Assembly (NCBI GenBank): GCA_963711035.1
Contig: CAVQCN010000004.1
Span: 28,538 to 92,537 of the forward strand
Length of the DNA: 64,000 nucleotides
DNA from: an uncultured Chloroflexia bacterium
GTDB taxonomy: Bacteria > Chloroflexota > Dehalococcoidia > DSTF01 > WHTK01
Reading direction: 5' to 3'
In this document: positions 10,289 through 20,137 of the stretch, one piece after another
How the letters are laid out: each line of letters opens with the position of its first letter
Position numbering within the stretch: the stretch's first letter is position 1
Translations under genes and position numbers: made by a program
Notes under the pieces: generated by a model
What the model was told of the DNA's origin: nothing
Database searches by the model: none
What the model saw: the letters and a program-made list of their open reading frames with translations, nothing else

Positions 10289-10738
10289 TTAGCCGCCGCT
10301 CTCCTGCTCGCTGATCGGCCGGCGCACGTCCACCAGATACAGCATGTCCACCGAAATGTCACCGGACCGGGCAAAGACGTCGTAGCGGCCCGTCTGGAGA
10401 TCGGCGCCCGTCGCCGTCTTCTCGATGCGGAAGCGGGCCTGGAAGTTGCCGTCGGCGTCCGCGACGACCGTCGCGTAGGGCGTGCCCTGCTGTCCGGGGT
10501 CGAGCGCGCCGATCAGGTCGACGTGAGCGCCCGCCGGCCAGCCGCTGCCCATCACCGTGACCTGAATGCCCGGCGGACCGTTGCGCGGATCGATCGTCGC
10601 CCGCGGTCCGGCGGGCGTCGCGGTTGCCGTGGCAACGGCGGTAGGCGTCGGCGTCGAACTGCCGCCGCAGCCTGCGACGAGCAGGATGAGCACCGTCACG
10701 AAGAAGCCGGGAATCAGCGGGCGACGACGGGTCACCAC
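10289..10738 (-). CDS. Putative lipoprotein
   Basis: Signal peptide with lipobox VAGC, then Pro/Thr linker. Confidence 0.7.
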   Translation of the reverse strand: MVTRRRPLIPGFFVTVLILLVAGCGGSSTPTPTAVATATATPAGPRATIDPRNGPPGIQVTVMGSGWPAGAHVDLIGALDPGQQGTPYATVVADADGNFQARFRIEKTATGADLQTGRYDVFARSGDISVDMLYLVDVRRPISEQESGG

Positions 10739-11013
10739 TCTTCAATCCTCCTGATCAGCTCCGCCCAGAGCGTCGCGCGTTCGGCCACGCCGATCAGATC
10801 GCCGAAGAAGGCGATCCGACGGTCGAGGTAGGCGAGAGCGGAATCGTGGTCCAATACATCGTCGCTCGCCGCAGCCTCGGCGACAAGTCCATCCGCCAGC
10901 GCGGGTAGTGAGGCAGCGATCTTGCGGCGCACCGAAGCAGTGTCAGTCTGACGCAGGCCAGGATCGGACAGGAGACGCGAGAGCTGGGTCAGCGCCTCGG
11001 CCTGTTCAGCCAT
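10732..11013 (-). CDS. Hypothetical protein
   Basis: ORF overlapping the start of the next gene. Confidence 0.6.
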   Translation of the reverse strand: MAEQAEALTQLSRLLSDPGLRQTDTASVRRKIAASLPALADGLVAEAAASDDVLDHDSALAYLDRRIAFFGDLIGVAERATLWAELIRRIEEW

Positions 11014-11124
11014 GAAGATCGATGCCCATGGCAGCCGGACGGTCTAGCAGACGACTGTCGGACGGGTCACTCACATGGTCCTGCGGTCGAAGACTGCTCG
11101 CGCAGTTCGCCGCCATGCCAATGG

Positions 11125-11472
11125 TTAAGGGGTTTTGGTAACGCCGCGCACCTTGTTGTAGCAAGAGCTGCAGTACACCGGCCGGTCGCCGCGCGGGATG
11201 AACGGCACTTCCGTCATCACGCCGCACTCGGCGCAGGCGGCGGGGTGCATTTGACGCGGAGTCTTGCCGCCAAAGCTGGCAAACACACCATAGCGCACGT
11301 ACCCTTCTTCGGGCTCCGCAGCGCGGGCCGTGCGGCGCGCGGTGCGGCAGCGAGGGCAACGAGCGGGCTCGTTCTGTAGTCCTTTTGTCGCATAGAACTC
11401 TTGCTCGCCCGCCGTGAAGACGAACGAGTTACCACAGTCCTTGCAGGCGATCTCTTTGTCAACGTATGCCAA
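11125..11472 (-). CDS. Zinc-ribbon plus CxxC-x17-CxxC domain protein
   Basis: DKEIACKDCG...FTAGEQEFY...CPRCR and CAECG...VPFIP...VYCSSC. Confidence 0.88.
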   Translation of the reverse strand: MAYVDKEIACKDCGNSFVFTAGEQEFYATKGLQNEPARCPRCRTARRTARAAEPEEGYVRYGVFASFGGKTPRQMHPAACAECGVMTEVPFIPRGDRPVYCSSCYNKVRGVTKTP

Positions 11473-11623
11473 CTCTGGTGAAACCTCCTTGGTGCAGGCA
11501 GAAACCTCGCGGGATTATTCGATGGACAGCGGAAGTATGGATAAGTTTCGGCACTGGGGAGGGCTAGAGGCTCTCGCCCTGAAAAGACTTTCGGCAAACG
11601 ATCACGGTTAGAATAGTGGTGCT

Positions 11624-12478
11624 ATGCCTGAAGTGCCGGACCTGGAGGCGATCCGAGGATTCTTCAATCGAAGCGCCGTGGGCGCCACTGTCGAACGGGT
11701 TGAGATCAACATACCTGTCGTTATCAGAGTACCACGTGAGGAGTTCATTCGTCTCCTTACCGGCGACACTCTAGGCGAAGTGCACCGCCACGGCAAGTTT
11801 CTGCTCTTCACGCTGGCCAGCGGCCGCCTTCTCGTCATCAATGCAATGCTCACCGGCCGCTTTGCCTACGTTCAGCCATCAGTGCGCAAGCGTGCCCGTA
11901 CCTGCTTCATCTTCGAGATGTCGGACGGCTGTCAGTTGCGCTACGCCGACCAGCGCCTCATGGGCCGCGTCTACCTGACGACACCAGAGGAGCTGCACAC
12001 CCTGCCCCAGTTCGGCGAGATGGGACCGGACGTGCTCTCACCGGACCTGACTGAAGAGGTCTTCCGCGAGCGTATCCGCCGCTACACGGGTCAAATCAAG
12101 AGCATCCTCGTCAACCACAAGTTCGTCGCCGGCATCGGCAACGCCTACTCGGACGAGATCCTGTGGGAGGCCGGCATTCACCCCTATCGCAAGCGCACGC
12201 AGCTCAGCGACGAGGAGATCGGCCGCCTCTACCACGCCATGCACGCCGTCATCGCCTGGGCCACCGAGATCGTCGCCGAGAAGATGCGCGAAACGCTCGA
12301 CTACTCGGAGTGGCGCGACCATCTGCGCGTACACCGTCGGGGCGGCGAGCCCTGCCCGCGCTGCGGCAACACGATCAGCGAGGTCACGGCCGGCCAGCGC
12401 GTCACCAGCTTCTGCCGTCACTGCCAGCCGGACGGCCGTCCCGCATTCGCAGTCCAGAGTGCAGAGGACCGAGTATAG
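11624..12478 (+). CDS. mutM: Fpg/Nei family DNA glycosylase
   Basis: N-terminal PEVP, GIGNAYSDE H2TH motif, C-terminal zinc finger. Confidence 0.85.
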   Translation: MPEVPDLEAIRGFFNRSAVGATVERVEINIPVVIRVPREEFIRLLTGDTLGEVHRHGKFLLFTLASGRLLVINAMLTGRFAYVQPSVRKRARTCFIFEMSDGCQLRYADQRLMGRVYLTTPEELHTLPQFGEMGPDVLSPDLTEEVFRERIRRYTGQIKSILVNHKFVAGIGNAYSDEILWEAGIHPYRKRTQLSDEEIGRLYHAMHAVIAWATEIVAEKMRETLDYSEWRDHLRVHRRGGEPCPRCGNTISEVTAGQRVTSFCRHCQPDGRPAFAVQSAEDRV

Positions 12479-12515
12479 AGCTAGCGATTCCCTATCTCTG
12501 TGCTCTGTGCTCGCG

Positions 12516-13010
12516 TCAAAACTGTTGGATCGCGATTTTGAACTTGCCCGGCAGTATGTGCTCGAGTACTGGCAGGAGGTCGAGGAAGAGCGGCGCGATG
12601 GCGGAGTTGTGCACGGCGTCCGAGAGACCGAGCGACGGGTAGGTAATCGCCACGATCAGGCCGATCTCGACGAAGATGAATCCTTTGAGGAAGCCAATGA
12701 AGGCGCCGCCCATCGCATCGAACAGGCCGAGCATGAACATCGAGGCGGCCTGCTTCATGAACATTCCGATGAGCTGGCTGGCCAGCACGACGGCGCCGAA
12801 GATCATGCCGAAGGCGACGATCTCGGAGGTCTGCGTGTTGTTGATCGCTACATCGACGTCCTTGGCAAGGTCTGTATAGAACAACCCCGCCAGGGCCACG
12901 GCGAAGATGGCGCCCAAGATGGTAACGACTTCCCGAATCAGCCCCGCGTGGAAGGCAGCGTAGCTGAACCAGACCAAGATGATGATGATGAGGGCATCAA
13001 TCCAGTTCAA
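12516..13010 (-). CDS. CvpA family membrane protein
   Basis: MNWID...GLIRE...DAMGGAFIG. Confidence 0.85.
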   Translation of the reverse strand: MNWIDALIIIILVWFSYAAFHAGLIREVVTILGAIFAVALAGLFYTDLAKDVDVAINNTQTSEIVAFGMIFGAVVLASQLIGMFMKQAASMFMLGLFDAMGGAFIGFLKGFIFVEIGLIVAITYPSLGLSDAVHNSAIAPLFLDLLPVLEHILPGKFKIAIQQF

Positions 13011-13186
13011 TCAGGCGAAACCTCTTTCCTGTGTCTTTATCGACCACAGGACACGCGAAGCGCGCCCGGCGCTTCTCAATCCGGCCCCGCCCTAATGAGA
13101 TGCCGTGCGAGAGTGTAGCACACCGGCGCCGAGGCCTTTATCTGCCCCATGTATAATTTTCGGCAGCAGTATCTGGAGGAACGCAC

Positions 13187-13948
13187 GTAGACGAGAAGCT
13201 GAAAACCCTGCTCGAGGCGGTGGCGGTAGGGTCGGTCAGTGTCGAAGCGGCACTCAGCGACCTGCGCGATCTCCCCTACGAAGACCTCGATTTCGCCAAG
13301 GTCGACCACCATCGCGGCCTGAGAGATGCGCTGCCCGAGGTAATCCTGGGCCAGGGCAAGACACCGGACCAGATTGCCGCCATCGGCGCCGCGATGGTCG
13401 CGAAGAGCGGCCGTTTGCTCTGCACTCGCATCGACCGCGAGGGCTTTCGCGCCCTGCAGGCGGCCGTGCCCGACGCCGAGTACCACGAGGCTGCCCGCGT
13501 CGCCCTCGTCGACCGCGAGCCGCGGCCGCTGCTGCCCGGCGTCATCGTCCTCTGCGCCGGCACCTCCGACCTGCCTGTGGCGCAAGAAGCGGTGCTGACG
13601 GCGCGCATGACCGGCAGCGACGCCGTCCTGGTCTCGGACGTCGGCGTGGCGGGCATCCACCGTCTGTTCGATCAGCTGCCGCGCCTACGAGAAGCGAACG
13701 TTATCGTCGCCGTTGCGGGCATGGAGGGCGCCCTGCCCAGCGTGCTGGCCGGGCTCGTCGCCGTGCCCATCATCGCCGTGCCGACTTCGATCGGCTATGG
13801 CGCCAGCTTCGGCGGCCTGGCGCCGCTGCTCTCGATGCTCAACAGCTGCGCCGCCGGCGTCTCCGTGGTGAACATCGATAATGGCTTCGGCGGAGGCTAC
13901 ATGGCCGGCCTGATCAACGCGCAGGCCCAGCAGCGGCCAACGGACTAG
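13187..13948 (+). CDS. larB: Nickel-pincer cofactor biosynthesis protein LarB (start uncertain: GTA 13187 or GTG 13220)
   Basis: AKVDHHR, AGTSDLPVA, DVGVAG, GMEGALPS, VNIDNGFG. Confidence 0.9.
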   Translation, partial: VDEKLKTLLEAVAVGSVSVEAALSDLRDLPYEDLDFAKVDHHRGLRDALPEVILGQGKTPDQIAAIGAAMVAKSGRLLCTRIDREGFRALQAAVPDAEYHEAARVALVDREPRPLLPGVIVLCAGTSDLPVAQEAVLTARMTGSDAVLVSDVGVAGIHRLFDQLPRLREANVIVAVAGMEGALPSVLAGLVAVPIIAVPTSIGYGASFGGLAPLLSMLNSCAAGVSVVNIDNGFGGGYMAGLINAQAQQRPTD

Positions 13949-15156
13949 TGCCTCGCATCGCCTACTTCGACTGCTTCTCCGGCGCCAGCGGCGACATGAT
14001 CCTCGGCGCGCTGCTCGACGCCGGCCTGTCTTTCGCGGCGTTGCAGGAGGCCGTCTCCGGCCTCGCCCTGCCGGAGGGCTCCTTCGCGATCGCCGCGAAC
14101 CGGGTGCAGCGCGCCGGATTCGCCGCGACGAAGCTGGACGTCGAGGTGCGCGAGACGCCACGCCACCGCTCGCTGGCCGAAGTCCTCGACGTCATCATTC
14201 GCTCCCGCCTGCCGCAGACCGACCGCGACAAAGCCGTATCCGTGTTCCGCGCCCTGGGTGAGGTCGAAGCCAAGGTACACGGCTCCAGCGTCGAAGACGT
14301 CGAACTGCACGAGGTCGGCTCCGTCGACGCGCTGGTTGACGTCTGCGGCGCCATTGCCGGCCTGCGGCTGCTCGGCGTTGAGAGCGTCTACGCCTCGCCC
14401 CTGCCGCTGGGCCACGGCGAGACCAAGGGTCGTCACGGCCTACTGCCCCTGCCGGCACCCGCCACCCTGGAGCTCATCGCCCGCGCCAGCGCGCCCGTGC
14501 TTGAAGGCGAAGGGCCACGCGGCGAGCAGGTGACGCCGACAGGCGCCGCCCTACTGACGACGCTGGCGACCTTCCAACGGCCCGCTATGCGCCTGCAGAA
14601 CGTCGGCTACGGCGCCGGCGGCCGCGACCCGGTCGACCGGCCCAATGTGCTGCGTCTCTGGCTGGGCGAGAGCGCCGTCCCGACGCGGCACATGCGCGTC
14701 ATCGAAACCAACATCGACGACATGACGCCCGAGCTGCTCGCCTACGCCCACGAGCGCCTGCTGTCCGCCGGCGCCGCCGATGTCTGGTTCGCGCCGATCC
14801 AGATGAAGAAGAATCGACCCGGTGTCATGCTCTCGCTGATCTGCAGCGAGGCACGCGAGGCGGAGCTCGTCTCGATCCTGCTACGCGAGACCTCGACCCT
14901 GGGCGTACGTGTGCGCGACGTGAGCCGCTACGAGGCAGAGCGGGAGGTGTTCGAGTTCGAGTCCAGCCTGGGGCCGGCGGCCGTGAAGCTGAAGCGTCTG
15001 CCGGGCGAAGAACCGGGCATCTCCCCGGAATTCGAGCCCTGCCGCCGCCTGGCAGAGGCGCATTCGCTACCGCTGGCGGACGTCTATCGCATCGTCGCCG
15101 AAGAGGCGCGGCTGCTCGTCGTGGACACGACCGGCAGCGGCGAAACGAGCAGTTGA
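13948..15156 (+). CDS. larC: Nickel insertion protein LarC
   Basis: YFDCFSGASGDM, HEVGSVD, TPTGAA, ETNIDD, MKKNRPG. Confidence 0.92.
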   Translation: MPRIAYFDCFSGASGDMILGALLDAGLSFAALQEAVSGLALPEGSFAIAANRVQRAGFAATKLDVEVRETPRHRSLAEVLDVIIRSRLPQTDRDKAVSVFRALGEVEAKVHGSSVEDVELHEVGSVDALVDVCGAIAGLRLLGVESVYASPLPLGHGETKGRHGLLPLPAPATLELIARASAPVLEGEGPRGEQVTPTGAALLTTLATFQRPAMRLQNVGYGAGGRDPVDRPNVLRLWLGESAVPTRHMRVIETNIDDMTPELLAYAHERLLSAGAADVWFAPIQMKKNRPGVMLSLICSEAREAELVSILLRETSTLGVRVRDVSRYEAEREVFEFESSLGPAAVKLKRLPGEEPGISPEFEPCRRLAEAHSLPLADVYRIVAEEARLLVVDTTGSGETSS

Positions 15157-15192
15157 CGCCCTACCCACCCCCTCATACGATCTGAGGAGAAA

Positions 15193-15876
15193 GTGATGAA
15201 TCGAACGAAACCAACGGACACGGTAGAGGACTACCTGCTCCTGATTTACTCGATGCAACGCGAGGGCGAGGAGGTCATTGCCGCGCGCCTCAAGGAGCGC
15301 AAGGGTGTCTCCGCACCGACGGCATGGGCCACATTGCGCCGCATGGAGCGCGACGGGCTCGTCAACCTCGTCAAGGGCCATCGCATCGAGCTGACCCCTA
15401 CGGGCCTGGAGATGGCGGAGTCGATCATGCGCCGCCACATGCTGGCGGAGCGGCTGCTCACCGACATCCTGAAGCTCGACTGGGCCGACGTGCACGAGGA
15501 GGCGCACCGCATGGAGCACGCCATCTCGCCCGTCATCGAGCGGCAGATCCTCAGCCTGCTCGACCATCCGACCACGTGCCCGCACGGCAACCCCATCCCG
15601 GGCGCCGATTACGTGCACCCGTCCAATGTCATTGCGCTACGCCGTGTTGCCGAGGGCGAAACCGTCATCGTCCACAACATCGCTGAGCACGCGGAGGACG
15701 ACGCAGAGCTCATGCACTACCTGGAGCGCAACAGCCTGATCCCGGGTACGCGCCTGCACGTCGACGAGGTCGCCAACGCCAACGCGACGATCACCATTTC
15801 GCTGCTCGCGGACAGCGGGCGCCAGGTCGTCGTCGGCATGTCGACCGCGGAACTGATCCTGGTCCGCAACGACTGA
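15193..15876 (+). CDS. DtxR/MntR family metal-dependent regulator
   Basis: VEDYL, RRHMLAE, EAHRMEH, CPHGNPIP, FeoA-like C-terminus. Confidence 0.9.
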   Translation: MMNRTKPTDTVEDYLLLIYSMQREGEEVIAARLKERKGVSAPTAWATLRRMERDGLVNLVKGHRIELTPTGLEMAESIMRRHMLAERLLTDILKLDWADVHEEAHRMEHAISPVIERQILSLLDHPTTCPHGNPIPGADYVHPSNVIALRRVAEGETVIVHNIAEHAEDDAELMHYLERNSLIPGTRLHVDEVANANATITISLLADSGRQVVVGMSTAELILVRND

Positions 15877-15892
15877 GAAAAGAGGCCTCGCC

Positions 15893-16405
15893 ATGACGCA
15901 AGCCCTGCTCGAATCGCCGATTGGTTCGCTGCGCGTCGAGACGACGTCGCGCGGCCTGCACCGCCTCAGCTTCGCCTCTACCGGCCCAACCGTGTCCATG
16001 ACAGAAGCAGCCACCTCGGACGACCCCATCCTGGCCGAAACGGCACGGCAGCTGCAGCAGTACTTCGAGGGCCAGCGCCAGACGTTCGACCTGCCCCTGG
16101 ACATCGAGGGCACGCCCTTCCGGCAGCGTGTCTGGCAGGCCATCAGCGCGATCCCTTACGGCGCCACTGCCTCGTACGCCGAGGTAGCAGCCATGGCCGG
16201 CGCGCCCGGCGCCTACCGCGCGGCCGGCTCCGCCTGCGGCGCCAACCACGTCGCCATCGTCATCCCCTGCCACCGCGTCGTGGGCAGCGACCGGAGCCTG
16301 CACGGCTTTGGCGCCGGCCTCGACACGAAGGCGGCGCTGCTGCGGCTGGAAGGCTCGCTGGACGAGTCGCACAACCGCGTGCAGCCCGCGCTGGTTCTCG
16401 CCTGA
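15893..16405 (+). CDS. ogt: Methylated-DNA--protein-cysteine methyltransferase
   Basis: IPYGATASY, IPCHRV active site. Confidence 0.92.
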   Translation: MTQALLESPIGSLRVETTSRGLHRLSFASTGPTVSMTEAATSDDPILAETARQLQQYFEGQRQTFDLPLDIEGTPFRQRVWQAISAIPYGATASYAEVAAMAGAPGAYRAAGSACGANHVAIVIPCHRVVGSDRSLHGFGAGLDTKAALLRLEGSLDESHNRVQPALVLA

Positions 16406-16406
16406 T

Positions 16407-17018
16407 ATGGGACAGGAGGCGCTTTGCCGCGTCCGCTTCGACGGCCAGATCGCCGAAGGTAAAGCGATGCTGGAGACCACGGACCTCTTCTTCCGCGGCG
16501 ATCTGCGCCTCGACATTCCCCTGGAGGACATCACGACCCTCGAGGCAGAGGACGGCGAGCTGCGCGTCGCCTTTCCCCAGGGCATCGCCATCTTTGAGTT
16601 GGGTAGCACGGCCGCGAAGTGGGCCGACAAGATGCGCAATCCGCGCTCACTGATGGACAAGCTCGGCGTGCGCGAGGACTCGATCGTCGCCGTGCTCGGC
16701 GTCTACGAGGAGACCTTCGTGCGGCTGCTGCTCCATCGCGTGCGCCGCTATAGCGAGGACGCCCTGGTACCCAACGCCGACTTCATCTTCTACGGCGCCG
16801 ACCAGCGCGAAGAGCTGGCGCTGCTGCCGGAACTGCGCGACCACCTCAAGCCTACCGGAGCCATCTGGGTCGTCTCGCTGAAGGGACCGGGCGCATTCAT
16901 GAAGCACACGGACGTGCTCGATGCGGCGCGCGCGTGCGGCCTCGTCGACACGAAGGTGGTCTCCTTCTCGGAGAGCCACACAGCCGTCAAGCTGATGATC
17001 CCGCGCTCGCAGCGCTAA
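16407..17018 (+). CDS. Hypothetical protein, C-terminal half DUF3052-like
   Basis: LMDKLG...GAIWV...GLVDTKV. Confidence 0.6.
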   Translation: MGQEALCRVRFDGQIAEGKAMLETTDLFFRGDLRLDIPLEDITTLEAEDGELRVAFPQGIAIFELGSTAAKWADKMRNPRSLMDKLGVREDSIVAVLGVYEETFVRLLLHRVRRYSEDALVPNADFIFYGADQREELALLPELRDHLKPTGAIWVVSLKGPGAFMKHTDVLDAARACGLVDTKVVSFSESHTAVKLMIPRSQR

Positions 17019-17125
17019 CAAGCAGTTCCTACCACGCCGCAAGTCCGCGACGGCACCAGCGCCATCGAGCGAGGAATCTGGCCCTCGACTGAAGCGCCAC
17101 GAGCGGCCGGAAGACGGAAGCAGCG

Positions 17126-17836
17126 TCAGTCCGTAAACGCGAGACCCATCTGGTTGAGGCTGGCGAAGCGCCGCTCGCCGATGACGACGTGGTCCAGCAC
17201 CTCGATGCCGAGCAGCTTGCCCGCAGCGATCGCATCCTTCGTCATGGCAACGTCGTCCGGGGAGGGCGTCGGGTCGCCGGATGGATGGTTGTGCACCAGG
17301 ATCAAGGACGGCGCGTTCTGGCGGATCGCCTCGCGGAACACCTCAGCCAGCCGCACGATCGAGGCGCTGACGTTGCCTTTGTAGACCTCGCTCACGGCAA
17401 TCACCTGATTGCGCGTGTTCACCAGCAGCACGCGGAGATGCTCCTGGTCCAGCAGCGCCATCTCGCCGCCCAGCAGCAGAAAGACGTCTCGCGGCTCCCG
17501 TACGATGGGGCGCTCCTCCGGCTGCAGGGCGCTGAGCCGCACGGCAAGCTGGAACGTCGCCATCAGCTCCGCCGCCTTCGCCTCGCCGACGCCGCGTTCG
17601 CGCACCAGGTCGGCGAACGAGAGTCGCGCCAGCCCGCCGAGGCCGCCGTGACGCGACAGCAACGATGTCGCGAGGTTCAGCACGCTCTGATCGGCGGAGC
17701 CTGTGCGCAGGACGATGGCCAGCAGTTCGGCGTTAGACAACGCCTGCGGGCCCGCGTCGCGCAGGCGTTCACGTGGCCGCTCGGACGAAGGGATCTCGCG
17801 GATGCGGGTGTTGTACTGGGTCCTATTGCGTTCCAA
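17126..17836 (-). CDS. radC: RadC (JAB/JAMM-like) protein
   Basis: ERPRERL, LSNAELLA, HNHPSGDPTPS. Confidence 0.93.
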   Translation of the reverse strand: MERNRTQYNTRIREIPSSERPRERLRDAGPQALSNAELLAIVLRTGSADQSVLNLATSLLSRHGGLGGLARLSFADLVRERGVGEAKAAELMATFQLAVRLSALQPEERPIVREPRDVFLLLGGEMALLDQEHLRVLLVNTRNQVIAVSEVYKGNVSASIVRLAEVFREAIRQNAPSLILVHNHPSGDPTPSPDDVAMTKDAIAAGKLLGIEVLDHVVIGERRFASLNQMGLAFTD

Positions 17837-18314
17837 GGTCCGCCGGGATGAACTGCTTCTCGACCTCGTCGTAGCGCTCCACGTACTCCACCGACAGCGA
17901 GTGAGGGAAGCAGTGTATGCGCACGAGATCGGTCTCGAGCAGCGAGGCGTAATCCATGCGTGGAATCGTGAATATCTTGCGCTCGACGCGGATATAGAAC
18001 GAGGGGAGGAAGAAGAACAGCAGGTTGCTCTTATGCCACTTGCGCTGCACCTCTCCCTCGATCATGACGGGCTCGGCGCCGAGGTCGCGCAGGTACTGGT
18101 ACATCCAGTAGCCCGTCATCAGGCCCATGGTGCCGAACAGAACGAACATGATGAGGTAGCCTGTCTCGCCACCCACGATGTGAACGAGGGCCAGCACCAC
18201 GACAGCCGTGAAAATGGTGGTCGCTATGCTATACAGGACGGCCATCCGCCAAATGCGGCCCCGGCCGGCGGGAGGGCCCTTCCCTACGCCGTCGAAGTCT
18301 GATTCGAAGCTCAT
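17823..18314 (-). CDS. Hypothetical two-TM membrane protein
   Basis: Two hydrophobic helices; overlaps both neighbours. Confidence 0.7.
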   Translation of the reverse strand: MSFESDFDGVGKGPPAGRGRIWRMAVLYSIATTIFTAVVVLALVHIVGGETGYLIMFVLFGTMGLMTGYWMYQYLRDLGAEPVMIEGEVQRKWHKSNLLFFFLPSFYIRVERKIFTIPRMDYASLLETDLVRIHCFPHSLSVEYVERYDEVEKQFIPADLGTQ

Positions 18315-18874
18315 TGGGGCGTGATCAGCTCTTGTCCTACCGCGATGTCATCCGCGCTACTGAGGCCGTTGAGCAGGACGATCTGGTCCACACAGTCCGA
18401 CACGCTCATGGAGGCCGGCTTCACCTGCGCACAGATCGTGCTCAGCGTATCGCCCGACTCGACCGTGTAGGTGCCGGTACCACCGCCGCCACCGCCCGTC
18501 GTGGCCGTCGGAGTCTCTTCGGGCGCTGGCGTCTCGGTTCCTGCCTGCGTAGTTGCGCCCGTCTCCGGAGTCGTCACGCCGCCGCTGGGCGTGATGATGC
18601 TCGCGACGGTCGCCGTGGGTGTGAGGACAACGGGCTGCAGCGCGCCCGTCTCGCCACCGGGAGGCTGGACGAGCAGCCAGACGGCCAGCGCCGTGGCTGT
18701 GAGCAGCGCTAGCAGCGAGCCGCGGTATAGCGTGAAGGACGGGACGCCGCTAGCCGGCTCGAGGCAGGCGTCGCAAAGCTCCTCGCCATGGTCTTCGCAG
18801 TAAGGCCGGCCGCAGCGGGCACACTGCTGAACGGGCTCCTTGTCGCAGGCGAAACAGGTGATAGATTCCGGCAC
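18311..18874 (-). CDS. Zn-finger (B-box-like)-TM-LysM protein
   Basis: CxxC...CxxC...CxxH...CxxC, TM helix, P/T linker, YTVESGDTL...IAVGQEL. Confidence 0.8.
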   Translation of the reverse strand: MPESITCFACDKEPVQQCARCGRPYCEDHGEELCDACLEPASGVPSFTLYRGSLLALLTATALAVWLLVQPPGGETGALQPVVLTPTATVASIITPSGGVTTPETGATTQAGTETPAPEETPTATTGGGGGGTGTYTVESGDTLSTICAQVKPASMSVSDCVDQIVLLNGLSSADDIAVGQELITPQ

Positions 18875-18949
18875 GGATAAAGCTTAGGCCAGGAGGGTCG
18901 GCAAAGCCAACCCATCCCGGCCCAAGTAGTCAGATGAACGGCGCGGGAG

Positions 18950-19348
18950 TTAAGCGACGTCGACGGTGGCGCCGGCCTCGGTCAGCTTCGCCTTGATCGA
19001 GTCGGCCTCCGCCTTGTCGACACCTTCCTTGACGTTGGTCGGCGCGGCTTCCACCAGGTCCTTCGCCTCCTTGAGGCCCAGGCTGGTCACCTCGCGCACG
19101 GCCTTGATCACGTTGATCTTGTTGGCGCCGAAGTCCTTGAGGACGATGGTGAACTCGGTCTGCTCCTCCTCGGCCGGAGCGGCAGCGGCCCCACCACCGG
19201 CTGCAGCGGGCGCGCCCGCGGCAGCCACCGCCATCGGCGCCATCGCCGTCACGCCGAATTCTTCCTTGATCGCGTCGTTGAGGTCGCGCAGCTCAAGGAT
19301 GGTCATGCCCTTGATGAGCTCCAGAACTTCTTCGGTCTTGGTTGCCAT
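18950..19348 (-). CDS. rplL: 50S ribosomal protein L7/L12
   Basis: [10 protein letters not shown]...[10 protein letters not shown]. Confidence 0.98.
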   Translation of the reverse strand: MATKTEEVLELIKGMTILELRDLNDAIKEEFGVTAMAPMAVAAAGAPAAAGGGAAAAPAEEEQTEFTIVLKDFGANKINVIKAVREVTSLGLKEAKDLVEAAPTNVKEGVDKAEADSIKAKLTEAGATVDVA

Positions 19349-19399
19349 TGTCGTCTTCTCCTTCTTGCTTCTCTCGAACGTAGGCAGCTCTAGCGAAAG

Positions 19400-19924
19400 C
19401 TAGGCCGATTCCATCTGGTTGGCGCGAGCGTCGATCAGCCCGCTGAACTCCTGCACGGCCGCCTGCAGCAGGCCGACCAGGTTTGCGACCGGCGACTGCA
19501 GCATGCCGGCAAGCTCGGCGATCATCGTCTCCTTGGGCGGCAGCGTCGCCAGGTCCGTCAGACGGGAGCCCTGCACGACCATGCCTTCGACGAATGCTTT
19601 GCGTACCTCGAACGCGTTGCGCGCCGTGCGCTGGTACTCGACTACTGTCTTCACCGGCGCAATCGGGTCGTCGAAGCCGAAGATGAGCGCCGTGGGACCA
19701 TCTGCCAGCTCCGAGACCGTCGGCTTGCCCGCGGCCTCGGCGGCGCGCATGAAGAGCGTGTTCTTGATCACCCTCATCTCCAGGCCGGCGTTACGGAGCT
19801 GGGTGCGCAGCGCCGTGGTCTCGCTGACGCTGAGGCCGCGGTAGCTGGCGCCTATCACCGTCGTGCTGCGAGAGAGAGTCTCAGTGAGCTCTTCTACTTC
19901 CTGAATCTTCTTCGCGGTAGGCAT
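19400..19924 (-). CDS. rplJ: 50S ribosomal protein L10
   Basis: YRGLSV, VIKNTL, LATLP; between rplA and rplL. Confidence 0.96.
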   Translation of the reverse strand: MPTAKKIQEVEELTETLSRSTTVIGASYRGLSVSETTALRTQLRNAGLEMRVIKNTLFMRAAEAAGKPTVSELADGPTALIFGFDDPIAPVKTVVEYQRTARNAFEVRKAFVEGMVVQGSRLTDLATLPPKETMIAELAGMLQSPVANLVGLLQAAVQEFSGLIDARANQMESA

Positions 19925-19947
19925 CTATCCTCCGAACTGCCAATCAA

Positions 19948-20072
19948 CCAAAACGCCCTCGCCAGGAGAGGCGAGGGCGCGAAAGCTCGAAGGCTTGCAA
20001 CCGCTGTTCTCACCTCGGCGGGCCTCCCGATGTAGTGGGAGCTTAAGTCCGCGACACCCGCTGTCTCTGGCT
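19948..20072 (-). promoter_or_regulatory. L10 leader with downstream terminator-like hairpin
   Basis: Minus strand AGACAGCGGG...TTAA...CCCGCCGAGG, then CGCCCTCGCC-loop-GGCGAGGGCG followed by a T run. Confidence 0.75.
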
Positions 20073-20137
20073 GTGTAGCGTCGGTTTGTGCGCTAAGTGT
20101 AGCGAATCTCCTCGTCTGTTGCTAGAACCGTTCGATC

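Noticed and set aside
17126-17836. radC as marker of a mobile or anti-defence element
   Set aside because: Full-length chromosomal type in a core neighbourhood; no mobility genes
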